Shown piece by piece: positions 22,999 through 31,399 of a DNA stretch of 46,608 nucleotides. Position numbers and translations under genes: made by a program. The notes under the pieces are model-generated. The model was not told where the DNA came from. It did no database searches and saw nothing but the letters and a program-made list of their open reading frames with translations. Positions within the stretch are counted from its first letter, which is position 1. Each line of letters starts with the position of its first letter. Source of the stretch: Candidatus Micrarchaeota archaeon (GTDB taxonomy: Archaea > Micrarchaeota > Micrarchaeia > Norongarragalinales > UBA8480); the NCBI GenBank assembly GCA_964514805.1, contig CAZERP010000002.1:1-46608 (forward strand), in the 5' to 3' direction.

Positions 22999-23901
22999 AT
23001 GGCAGTAAATCAAAGTGTTGAACGTATAGAGCAGGCTAGTGCTAAGGCGCGTTTTTTGAGTAAATTAACTACACACCACGGCAAAAATGCTAGGGATGTT
23101 GGAGAGGTTATTTTAGGTAATTTACGAGATGTATCATTTCATGAGCATGATGTGGGCGGCGTTAAGTTGTTTAAGGCTTTTGGTTTTAGTACTGTGGGTA
23201 GCCATCGTGTTGTGGTAACTACTTTTAAGCCCACTCAAAGATCGCTTGTTAATCCAGATATTCCTATTACGATTAGTTTTGGAGATAACGCGCCTAGTGT
23301 TTTTATTGTTAAAAAAGGCGCGAGCAGTTTTGCGTATGGCGCTACCGATAGTGCTGACTTCAATGAGCATAGTGGCGTTCGTAAGTTGGTTGAGGATTTG
23401 CAGTCAAATGGTTTGCGTAATGTGAATGAGTTAAACGAACTTGCGCAAGAGAGAGGTAAACATTATGCTACCGTTACTAGTGGTTCTAAGCGTGGTTTGG
23501 TTAATATGTTAAAGGAGATTATAATTGAAGCTGGGCATGAAGAGTTGCATCCGGTTATTGACACGCTTACTCGTAATATGACCGTTACGGAGTTGCATGA
23601 TAGTCGTGATGTTACTAAATTGATTGGTAGTTTTGGAAATAAGCCGCACGAATTGAGTAGTGTTATTTTTCATAAAGGTAAAGGTAATCCTCGTTTTAAG
23701 CCCCTGCTTAGTGTTTCGCAGCATGTTGGCGATTATGACACGCACAATTCAGTTGTTTCGGGTGGCGTTCATGTGCTTAAAGATTTAGAAAGCGGTGAAT
23801 TGGTTTTTACTCATTTTGAAGATGATGATTATTTGAAGAATAATCCTGGCGTTGCAAGAGCCGTTGAGTTGCTTAAGGCGCATGGAATTGAAGAGCGTTA
23901 G
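22999..23901 (+). CDS. hypothetical protein (300 aa) with internal two-fold duplication
   Basis: The two halves end in similar segments: 'SVFIVKKGASSFAYGATDSADFNEHSGVRKLVEDLQSNGL' and 'GVHVLKDLESGELVFTHFEDDDYLKNNPGVARAVELLKAHGI'. No known family recognised. Confidence 0.65.
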   Translation: MAVNQSVERIEQASAKARFLSKLTTHHGKNARDVGEVILGNLRDVSFHEHDVGGVKLFKAFGFSTVGSHRVVVTTFKPTQRSLVNPDIPITISFGDNAPSVFIVKKGASSFAYGATDSADFNEHSGVRKLVEDLQSNGLRNVNELNELAQERGKHYATVTSGSKRGLVNMLKEIIIEAGHEELHPVIDTLTRNMTVTELHDSRDVTKLIGSFGNKPHELSSVIFHKGKGNPRFKPLLSVSQHVGDYDTHNSVVSGGVHVLKDLESGELVFTHFEDDDYLKNNPGVARAVELLKAHGIEER

Positions 23902-24662
23902 AAGTAGTGTGTGAGTTCTTGTTGTTTTTTTTCTAGGCCTTTTATTTTTGTGTCTTCGTGGCTTGCGTCGTATTTTAGTTTGTAGAATTCGAAGCCGTAG
24001 CCGTCGAGCATTTTTTTGGCGTTTTCGGAGATGTCTGGCGCGCATATCATTCCGCGTACTTTGCAGTCTTTTCTTTTGGAAACTTCCTCAACGTATCGTT
24101 TCAATTGAGAAACGGCATTTAGTTCGGCTTGTCGTCTTTTGATTTCAATTACTACGAGCGCGCCGTGTCTGTCTCTTGCGAGAATGTCTATGTGTCCTTT
24201 GGCGAGGGGGGATTCTTGTTGTACTGGAATTAAGCCTGGTTCGATTAAGTGTAAGTCGTTCATTAATAGGTTTGATAGGTCTTGTTCTGTTCCGAAGAGT
24301 TGTATTTTTTTGTCGTCTTGTAAGTCAAATGAGTGGCAAAAGCTTATTTCTTGAAATGTTACTGTTATTTGTTCTGATACTTCTCCTTTCTTTTTGCGTA
24401 CTGCGCTTACGGTTAATTTACCGAAGTCATCTATGTTAGTGAGGATTGCTGCGCCTGGGCCTTGATAGTTTATAGCTGCCATTCCTTTGCTTTGGTGTAC
24501 GAGGAATGTCCCGTCTTTTTTGATTATTAGCATTCTGTCTCCGTTTGATAGTTTGCTTGCGGCTCTTCCTTCGTATTTGACGCTGCAAGTGCCGATTGTC
24601 ATGATTAGGTGTCCTTGGTTTAGACTTTGGTCAATTGTTTTTTTTGCATCCACGGCGTTCAT
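23898..24662 (-). CDS. nucS: endonuclease NucS/EndoMS
   Basis: RecB-like nuclease core 'GHIDILARDRHGALVVIEIKRRQA', 'QLKRY', an N-terminal ssDNA-binding half, and an extreme C-terminus 'QQELTHYF' that fits a PIP-box (Qxx[LIM]xx[FY][FY]). 254 aa. Confidence 0.85.
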   Translation of the reverse strand: MNAVDAKKTIDQSLNQGHLIMTIGTCSVKYEGRAASKLSNGDRMLIIKKDGTFLVHQSKGMAAINYQGPGAAILTNIDDFGKLTVSAVRKKKGEVSEQITVTFQEISFCHSFDLQDDKKIQLFGTEQDLSNLLMNDLHLIEPGLIPVQQESPLAKGHIDILARDRHGALVVIEIKRRQAELNAVSQLKRYVEEVSKRKDCKVRGMICAPDISENAKKMLDGYGFEFYKLKYDASHEDTKIKGLEKKQQELTHYF

Positions 24663-24674
24663 TTTTTTTTCACG

Positions 24675-25424
24675 TCAGCGTTTGTGGTGTATTAGTTCTT
24701 GTTCTATTGCGTGTAGCGCGCGTATGTTTACTTTGGGGAAGAAGTTGCGAGCGGCGGCGGCTAGTTCTATTAGTTCTTGTCTTGATGGGGGGTAGTAGCC
24801 TGCGGCGAGTGCGTAGTCTGTCGCAGGAGTCCATTGTTCTAGAACGTATAAGTCAGCGAAGGGAGTGATTTCTTTTGCTATGTATTCTACTGTTGTTTTT
24901 TTGTTGTTTAGGCCGCCGATTACTGGTGTTTTTACTTCTCGCATTACGCTTGCGTTTTGCAATATTGCAAATGTTCGTACTATTCTTTGGTAGAACAGGG
25001 CAAATTGCATTGTACCTAGAGTTTTTGTGTAGTTGTTTTCTTCGAGTTTGTTTTGAATTGTTAGTGAGACGTAGTTGACGTTTGGTAGTAGTGCTTTGAG
25101 TTCTTCTGGATAAAACCCACTGGTGTCGATTTTTACTTTTAGGCCGTTTTTTTGTAGTTCACGGCATAGCGGTAGTAGTGCGTTTGATTGTAGGCAGGGT
25201 TCGCCGGCTGTGAATACTACTGCGTCGATTCCGTTTTCTTCTTTTTCTTTTAGGACTGCTTCGAGGAAGTATGAAATTGGGGCTTTTTCGTGAGTGTGAG
25301 TTTTTGGGTTTATTGGAGATAGCGCGTCGTTAAATGGCGTGCCGGCTAGGTTTATTATGGTCGAACAGCGCGCAGGGTATGCTTTTGAGTCGCCGTGGAT
25401 TATACTATAGTAATTAATTTCCAT
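24675..25424 (-). CDS. radical-SAM activase-like protein (NrdG/PflA-related family) lacking the CxxxCxxC motif
   Basis: 'VVFTAGEPCLQSNALLPLCRELQKNGLKVKIDTSGFYPEELKALLPNVNYVSLTIQ' matches the GGEP..Q / K.DTNG core of anaerobic RNR-activase-like proteins. The position of 'GCNxxCxYCHNP' reads 'AGTPFNDALSPINP'. The whole protein has only three Cys (C20, C76, C86). Confidence 0.65.
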   Translation of the reverse strand: MEINYYSIIHGDSKAYPARCSTIINLAGTPFNDALSPINPKTHTHEKAPISYFLEAVLKEKEENGIDAVVFTAGEPCLQSNALLPLCRELQKNGLKVKIDTSGFYPEELKALLPNVNYVSLTIQNKLEENNYTKTLGTMQFALFYQRIVRTFAILQNASVMREVKTPVIGGLNNKKTTVEYIAKEITPFADLYVLEQWTPATDYALAAGYYPPSRQELIELAAAARNFFPKVNIRALHAIEQELIHHKR

Positions 25425-25513
25425 AAAGTTCTAAGATTTATTCTTGTAAAAAAGAATTTTTTTGAAGTGTATTAGTGTTTAGTACACTTAATAATAAAAA
25501 TTGACCTTTGAAC

Positions 25514-28375
25514 ATGTTGCATTTTAAGTTAAAAGAATTACTCGCAAGGAATGGTTTTACGAGTTTTACTAAGATTCAGGAAGCTGCAATTCCTCGTATT
25601 GTTACTGGTAGGAATGTTTTGGTTATAGCGCCGACTGGTTTTGGTAAGACGGAAACTGCGTTTTTACCTGTGCTTTCAAATATTTTAAAACTTAAAGACG
25701 CAAGTTCGGGAGAACTAAGGGGAATACAGGTCATTTATGTTACTCCTTTGAAGGCTTTGAATCGTGATATTACAGAGCGGCTGACTACTTGGTGTGAGTC
25801 TAGTGGTGTTACTATTTCGGTTAGGCATGGTGATACGACGTCTAGTCAAAGGGAAAAGCAAAAGGTTAACCCGCCTAATGTTTTGGTTACTACGCCTGAG
25901 ACGCTTGCTAGTGTTTTGGTTGCGCCGATTTTGTGTGACTCGCTTGTGAATGTTAAGCATGTGATTATTGATGAGTTGCATGAATTGTTTGGTTCTAAGC
26001 GTGGAACTTCGCTTACTTTAAATTTAGAGCGTTTAGAGGAGAAAGCGCCTGGCTTTCAGCGTATTGGTTTGAGTGCGACTATTGGTAATGAAGCAGAAGC
26101 AGCGCGTTTTTTGGGCGCGGATGTTGAGATTTGTAAAGTTGATTTAAAACGTGAAATTGACTTAACTGTAAAAGTACCGGCAGCGGCTCCGCAGGAAATT
26201 AAAACGTTAATTAAGACTAGTAGTGAAAGTGCTAGTCGTGTTTATGAAATTGAAAACGCGATTCATAGTCATAGGAGTACTTTGATTTTTACTAATACGC
26301 GTTACGTGGCTGAGAGTCTTTCAACTTTTTTAACTTCTTTGGAGAGTCTTCGTGGAAAATTTGCAGTACATCACTCTTCATTATCTAAGGAGACTCGTTT
26401 GGATACTGAAAAAGAGTTTAAAGATGAGAACGGAAATTTAAGAGCAGTTATTTGCACGTCTAGTTTGGAACTTGGTATTGATATTGGTAAGATTGATCAT
26501 GTTATTCAATATGGATCTCCAAGGCAAGTTTCTCGTTTGTTGCAGCGAGTTGGGCGCAGTGGACATAAGTTTAATTTGAAAGCTAAGGGCACTATACTTC
26601 CGATTGATGAAGTTGATTTAATTGAAGCAGTTGTTATTTGTAAACGCGCAGCTGAAGGTAAATTAGAAGAAATAAAGGGACAGCAAAAGCCTTTTGATGC
26701 GCTTGCGAATTATTTAGCCGGTTTAACTTTGGATTATCATTCAGTCACTTTGCAAAAAGCGCTTGATATAGCGCAACGATCCGAACCGTATAAAAAATTA
26801 AACCGTAAGGAGTTGCTTGTAGTTGCGCGTCAACTTGCAAGTAGTAAAATTTTAGACTTAAAAGAAGAAAAGAAATTCGTAGTTAAACAAAGTGAAGAAG
26901 AAGCTACGGTTGGTAGTGAAGTTGATTTTGAAAAGAGTACTATTACGACTCGTGGCACCCGCACTAGGCTGTATTATTATGAGAACGTGTCTATGATTGC
27001 AACGGAGAAGAAGTTTTTCGTAAAAAATGCTATCACTCGTAAAAATGTATCTGTGTTAGATGAAGGTTTTGTTGCAGAGTACGTAAAGGAAGGCGCAGTG
27101 TTCATATCTGCAGGTAAACCTTGGCGAGTTAATGGAATTGACGAGGTTAAAACGGAAATTACTGTTGAACCGGCAGGTGATTTTACCGCCGCGGTGCCGG
27201 ATTGGTTGGGAGAAGAAATACCCGTGACTTATGACGTGGCGCAGGATGTTTTTAGCGTAATGAAGCATTACGCGAATTTAAGCGAGAAGTACACGTGTTA
27301 TTTTTCTAAAGCTGAAGAAAATGTGTTGAAGAGTTTTTGTGAAACGCAAAGCAAATCCTTTACTCCTAGTACTAGTGAAATGGTAATCGAGAGTAAAGAT
27401 GAAGTTACTGTCATTCACTCCCCTTTTGGTTTAAAGGTAAACGAAACATTGGCAAGAGTACTTGGTTTACTGCTCGCGTATAAAGATAAAGCACTTAGAG
27501 TGCGCGCGCAAAGTTATGCAATTACGCTTGTTTTCTCTAGTGAAGTTTCCGCAGTTGAAATTGAACGCATTGTTAAAAGTCTTGACCCAGCTAAGCTTGA
27601 GTATTTGATCGAAACTGCTGTGCTTGACACGCCTGCGTTTAGACGTCGTTTTATTCACGTTGGAAAACGATTCGGTTTTCTTTCCAAGACGTGGGACGCT
27701 AAAGGAGTAAATCTGAAGAGAATTATAGCTAAGCTTCCTAAGGATAGCCCGATTATTCTTGAAGCGCTAAAAGAAGTCTATTCCACGTTATTAGATGTTG
27801 ATAAGACAATTGAAGTAACGAGGGCAATTAAAACACGAGATGTTTACGTTAAGTCAATACAGCATTTGCGTGAGAAGTTTTCCCCATTGGCTAAAAACGC
27901 GTTAGACCTTGGCGGACTTGGAGAATTATTCGCGCCAAGCGAACCTGTTGAAGCAATTCTATCTTCGTTTATTGAAACGGTTAAAGACAAAAGCCCACGC
28001 TTAATTTGCACTCACTGCAAAAACGCTTTCACCATATCGCTTCGCGATTTAAAATTAAATGACAAAATTGCATGTGTACACTGCGGAGCTACACAGATTG
28101 CTAGTGAGCAGTATGAAGAGGCTATTTTGAAGAGTAAGCAAGGTAAGAAGCTTAGTAAGGAGTTGAAGAATAAGCTTGAGGACGCGCAGAGCGCGATGAG
28201 TCTTATTTCTAGTTACGGCGGCAGGGCGTTATTCGCGTTAGAGACGTATGGCGTTGGCCCCGCAACTGCAAGCAGATTACTCGCACGGCTGCACACTACT
28301 GAAGATGCGCTTTTCACTGACCTTTTAGAAGCACAAAAAACATTTTTAAAGAACAGAAAATACTGGAAACTATAA
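25514..28375 (+). CDS. lhr: Lhr-family DEAD/DEAH-box ATP-dependent helicase
   Basis: Motifs 'VIAPTGFGKTE', 'IDELH', 'LSATIGN', 'IFTNTR', 'HHSSLSKETR', 'TSSLELGIDIG' and 'QRVGRSGH', a DEAD-associated middle region, and a C-terminal Zn-ribbon 'CTHCKN...CVHCG'. I prefer the ATG at 25514 over the TTG at 25508. Confidence 0.9.
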   Translation: MLHFKLKELLARNGFTSFTKIQEAAIPRIVTGRNVLVIAPTGFGKTETAFLPVLSNILKLKDASSGELRGIQVIYVTPLKALNRDITERLTTWCESSGVTISVRHGDTTSSQREKQKVNPPNVLVTTPETLASVLVAPILCDSLVNVKHVIIDELHELFGSKRGTSLTLNLERLEEKAPGFQRIGLSATIGNEAEAARFLGADVEICKVDLKREIDLTVKVPAAAPQEIKTLIKTSSESASRVYEIENAIHSHRSTLIFTNTRYVAESLSTFLTSLESLRGKFAVHHSSLSKETRLDTEKEFKDENGNLRAVICTSSLELGIDIGKIDHVIQYGSPRQVSRLLQRVGRSGHKFNLKAKGTILPIDEVDLIEAVVICKRAAEGKLEEIKGQQKPFDALANYLAGLTLDYHSVTLQKALDIAQRSEPYKKLNRKELLVVARQLASSKILDLKEEKKFVVKQSEEEATVGSEVDFEKSTITTRGTRTRLYYYENVSMIATEKKFFVKNAITRKNVSVLDEGFVAEYVKEGAVFISAGKPWRVNGIDEVKTEITVEPAGDFTAAVPDWLGEEIPVTYDVAQDVFSVMKHYANLSEKYTCYFSKAEENVLKSFCETQSKSFTPSTSEMVIESKDEVTVIHSPFGLKVNETLARVLGLLLAYKDKALRVRAQSYAITLVFSSEVSAVEIERIVKSLDPAKLEYLIETAVLDTPAFRRRFIHVGKRFGFLSKTWDAKGVNLKRIIAKLPKDSPIILEALKEVYSTLLDVDKTIEVTRAIKTRDVYVKSIQHLREKFSPLAKNALDLGGLGELFAPSEPVEAILSSFIETVKDKSPRLICTHCKNAFTISLRDLKLNDKIACVHCGATQIASEQYEEAILKSKQGKKLSKELKNKLEDAQSAMSLISSYGGRALFALETYGVGPATASRLLARLHTTEDALFTDLLEAQKTFLKNRKYWKL

Positions 28376-28394
28376 AACAAGATTGTGATTATTT

Positions 28395-29102
28395 ATGACG
28401 TTTACTTTTGATATTGAGCAGTTTACCATAGCCGGTAGGCTTACGGAAAAAACTAAGCAGAAGGTTGTTATTGTCGTGCATGGTTTTGCGGATACTAAAG
28501 ATGGCCGAGTGGCTAGGATGTTTGAGGAGTTTTTCCTTGAGAATAATTATTCGACGCTTGCTTTGGATATGCCTGGAGCTGGTGAGAGTAGTGGAAATTA
28601 TTATGATATTTCTCCTCGTTTTGAGGCTAAGGTTATTCACAAAGCAATAGATTTACTTAAAGCTCAAGGCTACAAGGAGATTTCTTTGTGCGGTCATTCG
28701 CTTGGTGGCACGGATTGTGCAATTGTAGCTAGTGAAATGAAATTACACAAAGTGTTTTTGATTAACCCGGTTGTAGATCCCCGGGAAACGTATGGCTTGT
28801 GCGAAAAACTAGGCCAGTTCAAAAGACGTGTTGATGCTGATCTTGAAATTTTTGGCGTGATTGTTAACGCGCGTTTTCTTAAGGCGATGCCGAATTTAAT
28901 GGATCTTTCGTATCTCCTAAAGAACATTGTTATAATTCAAAGCGAAAATGATGAGTATTGCCCGCAAGCTACAAGTAAGTTGTTTTTTGATTTAATTGCA
29001 GACAAAAGTAAAAAATTTTTACTAGTAAATGGCGCGAATCATAACTTCACTGAAGAAGAAATGAAAGCACAGCTACGCGAAAAGTTAAAAGAAGTTATTT
29101 AG
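28395..29102 (+). CDS. alpha/beta hydrolase
   Basis: 'VVIVVHGF', the nucleophile elbow 'GHSLGG', and a late 'ENDEYC' / 'NHNF' acid and His region. 235 aa. Confidence 0.75.
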   Translation: MTFTFDIEQFTIAGRLTEKTKQKVVIVVHGFADTKDGRVARMFEEFFLENNYSTLALDMPGAGESSGNYYDISPRFEAKVIHKAIDLLKAQGYKEISLCGHSLGGTDCAIVASEMKLHKVFLINPVVDPRETYGLCEKLGQFKRRVDADLEIFGVIVNARFLKAMPNLMDLSYLLKNIVIIQSENDEYCPQATSKLFFDLIADKSKKFLLVNGANHNFTEEEMKAQLREKLKEVI

Positions 29103-29991
29103 ACCATAAGTTAACGAAGTGCGCGTACTCGTCCGAAATCTTTTTTACGGCTAGTTCTCGTTTAATTTTACCTGCTGCTAGTTCTAATAGCGGAGTTTGG
29201 AATACTGTTCTTCCTACTGCAAATCCTATTACCCCCGGTATTTCTTTGGCGGCGTTTAGCCATTGTTCTACTTTGTGCTCATTCTCCCCGCGACCTAGGA
29301 CTATGACTCCGGTTTTGGCTTTTTGGTTTACCGCGGCAGACACTACAGAATACATTGTTTCTTTTTCGTCTTCGCCTTCTATTTTCCAGATTTGTGGTTC
29401 GATTCCTGCCGCGTGTATTTCGTTAATTGCTCTTATCGTAAGTTTTGCTCTTTCTTTTGCATCGAAGTTTTCTTTGCCGTACTTTTTGAGTTGCAAATCG
29501 TTTGGTATTACAAGGAGTTCGAAGAGAAAGGGTTTGGCTATTGATTTGCAGTAATCGTGCAGTTCTTTTAGTCTTTTTAGTTGTAATTCATTGTCTGTTT
29601 TTTTGTTTTCTGGGTTGTATCTAACGAGTACTTTTATTATTGTGGGTTGGAGTACTTTGATTGTTTTTTTGTAGTCGGGGTATTCGAAGTCGAATATTTC
29701 TTGTCCGCTTTTTTCCATACATGTGGCGAATATGACGCCGTCTTTTGCTGCTCTTTTCATCACGGTTTTGCCGTATTGTGAGTCGACTAGAACGGCAGAG
29801 TTTTGTTTGGTTACTGTTCGCTGCCCTACGCATTTCATATACGCGTCGTAGATTATCTCTTTGTAATTTTCAATTTGTTTTACTTGTTCTTTGGATGGTT
29901 TTGCGCCGTCTTTTACCCCTATTATTTTGGCAAAGCTTGCTCTGTGATCGAAGGGTAGCATTAAAAGTTGAGAGCCAGGAGTGTAATTCAT
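29095..29991 (-). CDS. class I aldolase-like TIM-barrel protein (DUF2090/LacD-like)
   Basis: 298 aa. 'LLMLPFDHRASF', 'VLVDSQYG', 'KVLVRYNP', 'FLFELL' and 'WKIEG' resemble DUF2090 and tagatose-bisphosphate-aldolase-type proteins. Assigned from motif memory only. Confidence 0.5.
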   Translation of the reverse strand: MNYTPGSQLLMLPFDHRASFAKIIGVKDGAKPSKEQVKQIENYKEIIYDAYMKCVGQRTVTKQNSAVLVDSQYGKTVMKRAAKDGVIFATCMEKSGQEIFDFEYPDYKKTIKVLQPTIIKVLVRYNPENKKTDNELQLKRLKELHDYCKSIAKPFLFELLVIPNDLQLKKYGKENFDAKERAKLTIRAINEIHAAGIEPQIWKIEGEDEKETMYSVVSAAVNQKAKTGVIVLGRGENEHKVEQWLNAAKEIPGVIGFAVGRTVFQTPLLELAAGKIKRELAVKKISDEYAHFVNLWSK

Positions 29992-30058
29992 TTGTTTATA
30001 AATCTATAATTTATTACACGGAGGAAGGTTAAAAATACCGCACGGGTTTAAAGCTGTA

Positions 30059-30487
30059 ATGGATTATCGTTGGGAAGAATTGAAAGGACACCATTTGCTT
30101 AAAACTATTCCCGAAGGGTCGGCGGATGTTGAAGTTGGTTGGCTTACGTATTCTAAAGATCATCGGGAAATTCATGTTTATGACCCAGAGGACACTAAAA
30201 ATGTAGTTCATAATCGACATGGTTTGCCGCGTGGGAGTAAAGTTACTATTTCATTATCTGTTAGGGATAATGAACTTAAAGTTGAAGAAAATGGCAAGCC
30301 GGTTTCACGGCTGAAGGGCGCTTTTTTCTTGTTTGAAGCTAAGCGTTTGTTACATATTCGCGGGCGTAATCCTGAAGCGGAAGCACTTGGTTACCCTAAA
30401 ATTAAAGAGGCTAATGATACACATAAAGCGCGTCTGCCTATGATTGACAAACTTAACGTTTTGAGATATTTATTTAAGGGCAAATAA
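30059..30487 (+). CDS. hypothetical His-rich protein (142 aa)
   Basis: ATG ORF in the G/T-ending plus-strand codon dialect. A pyrimidine-rich tract follows the stop. No family recognised. Confidence 0.55.
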   Translation: MDYRWEELKGHHLLKTIPEGSADVEVGWLTYSKDHREIHVYDPEDTKNVVHNRHGLPRGSKVTISLSVRDNELKVEENGKPVSRLKGAFFLFEAKRLLHIRGRNPEAEALGYPKIKEANDTHKARLPMIDKLNVLRYLFKGK

Positions 30488-30623
30488 GGCGATTAAAGAG
30501 AGCCTTTTTATCCCTTTAACTTCCCAATTTATTTACTAATTCTAACATTTCTTTTAGACTATCTTAGGTTTTTTCTTTGGTAGTCTCAAAGAGACTTTCT
30601 TTTCATTAAAAGAAAGTATCTTT

Positions 30624-30706
30624 GCGGGGGTGGCAGAGCGGTCATTGCGCCAGTCTTGAAAACTGGTACTCGTAAGGGTTCATGAGTTCGAATCTCATCC
30701 CCCGCG
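30624..30706 (+). tRNA. tRNA-Ser(UGA), class II with long variable arm
   Basis: GCGGGGG-TG-GCA-GAGCGGTCAT-TGC-G-CCAGT-CTTGAAA-ACTGG-TACTCGTAAGGGTTC-ATGAG-TTCGAAT-CTCAT-CCCCCGC-G. The anticodon and T stems pair perfectly. A T6 run follows at 30713-30718. Confidence 0.9.
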
Positions 30707-30742
30707 CTCTCATTTTTTAATTAATAACGCCTACTTTTTTGT

Positions 30743-31333
30743 ATGAAGCTTGTTTTTGTTGGTGGCGCGCAAGGGGCAGGTAAGAGTAGTTTAGTTGCGC
30801 TTGCGGCTCAGAAGCTTAAAGAAGAAGGAGTTTCTGTTTTTCATTTGGATCCGGGTGAGTTTATTCGCGAGTATTGTGCGCGTAAGAAGCTTGGTCGTTT
30901 TAGTGATTTAGATTTTAAAGAACAAATGCGGGTTAATCGCGCGGTGTTAAAAGAAGTTAAGCCCGTTTTAAGTAAGCATGACTTGGTTTTTGTAAGTACT
31001 CATTATGCAGTTAATACAGTTAAAAGTAAACCAGATGAATTAATTGACGTCCCATTAAGAATGCCATTAGCTGAGCCCTTAGTTGATAAGGCGAGTCATT
31101 TGGTTCTTTTGGATGTTGACCCAGAAGAAGTGCACCGGAGAATACGAGGAGATTCTCGTAGGCCAAACACATGGGAAGATGTTTCTAGGAGTGTAATTGC
31201 GAATAAATTAAGCGCAAGGGCGCTTGCTAAAACAAGAAAATTACCACTAACAGTTATCCATAATAATCGCGATTTACAAAAAGAAACAATAGGCGAATTA
31301 GTGAAGATTGCAAAAGAAGTTATACGTAAATAG
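30743..31333 (+). CDS. archaeal-type adenylate kinase-like P-loop kinase
   Basis: 196 aa. 'VFVGGAQGAGKSSL', 'VFVSTHYAVNTVKSKPDELIDVP', 'LVLLDVDPEEVHRRIRGDSRRPN' and 'LTVIHNNRDL' parallel the AdkA (COG2019) layout VVVTG.PGVGKT / DTH..IKTP.GYLPGLP / EA.P.EI..RR..D..R.RD / V.N. Confidence 0.55.
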   Translation: MKLVFVGGAQGAGKSSLVALAAQKLKEEGVSVFHLDPGEFIREYCARKKLGRFSDLDFKEQMRVNRAVLKEVKPVLSKHDLVFVSTHYAVNTVKSKPDELIDVPLRMPLAEPLVDKASHLVLLDVDPEEVHRRIRGDSRRPNTWEDVSRSVIANKLSARALAKTRKLPLTVIHNNRDLQKETIGELVKIAKEVIRK

Positions 31334-31399
31334 TTTTCACTGGAAGTTTGGTTTCGTCTTGTTTTTTAAATTGAAAGTCGTCTTCTTTTATTTGAGATT

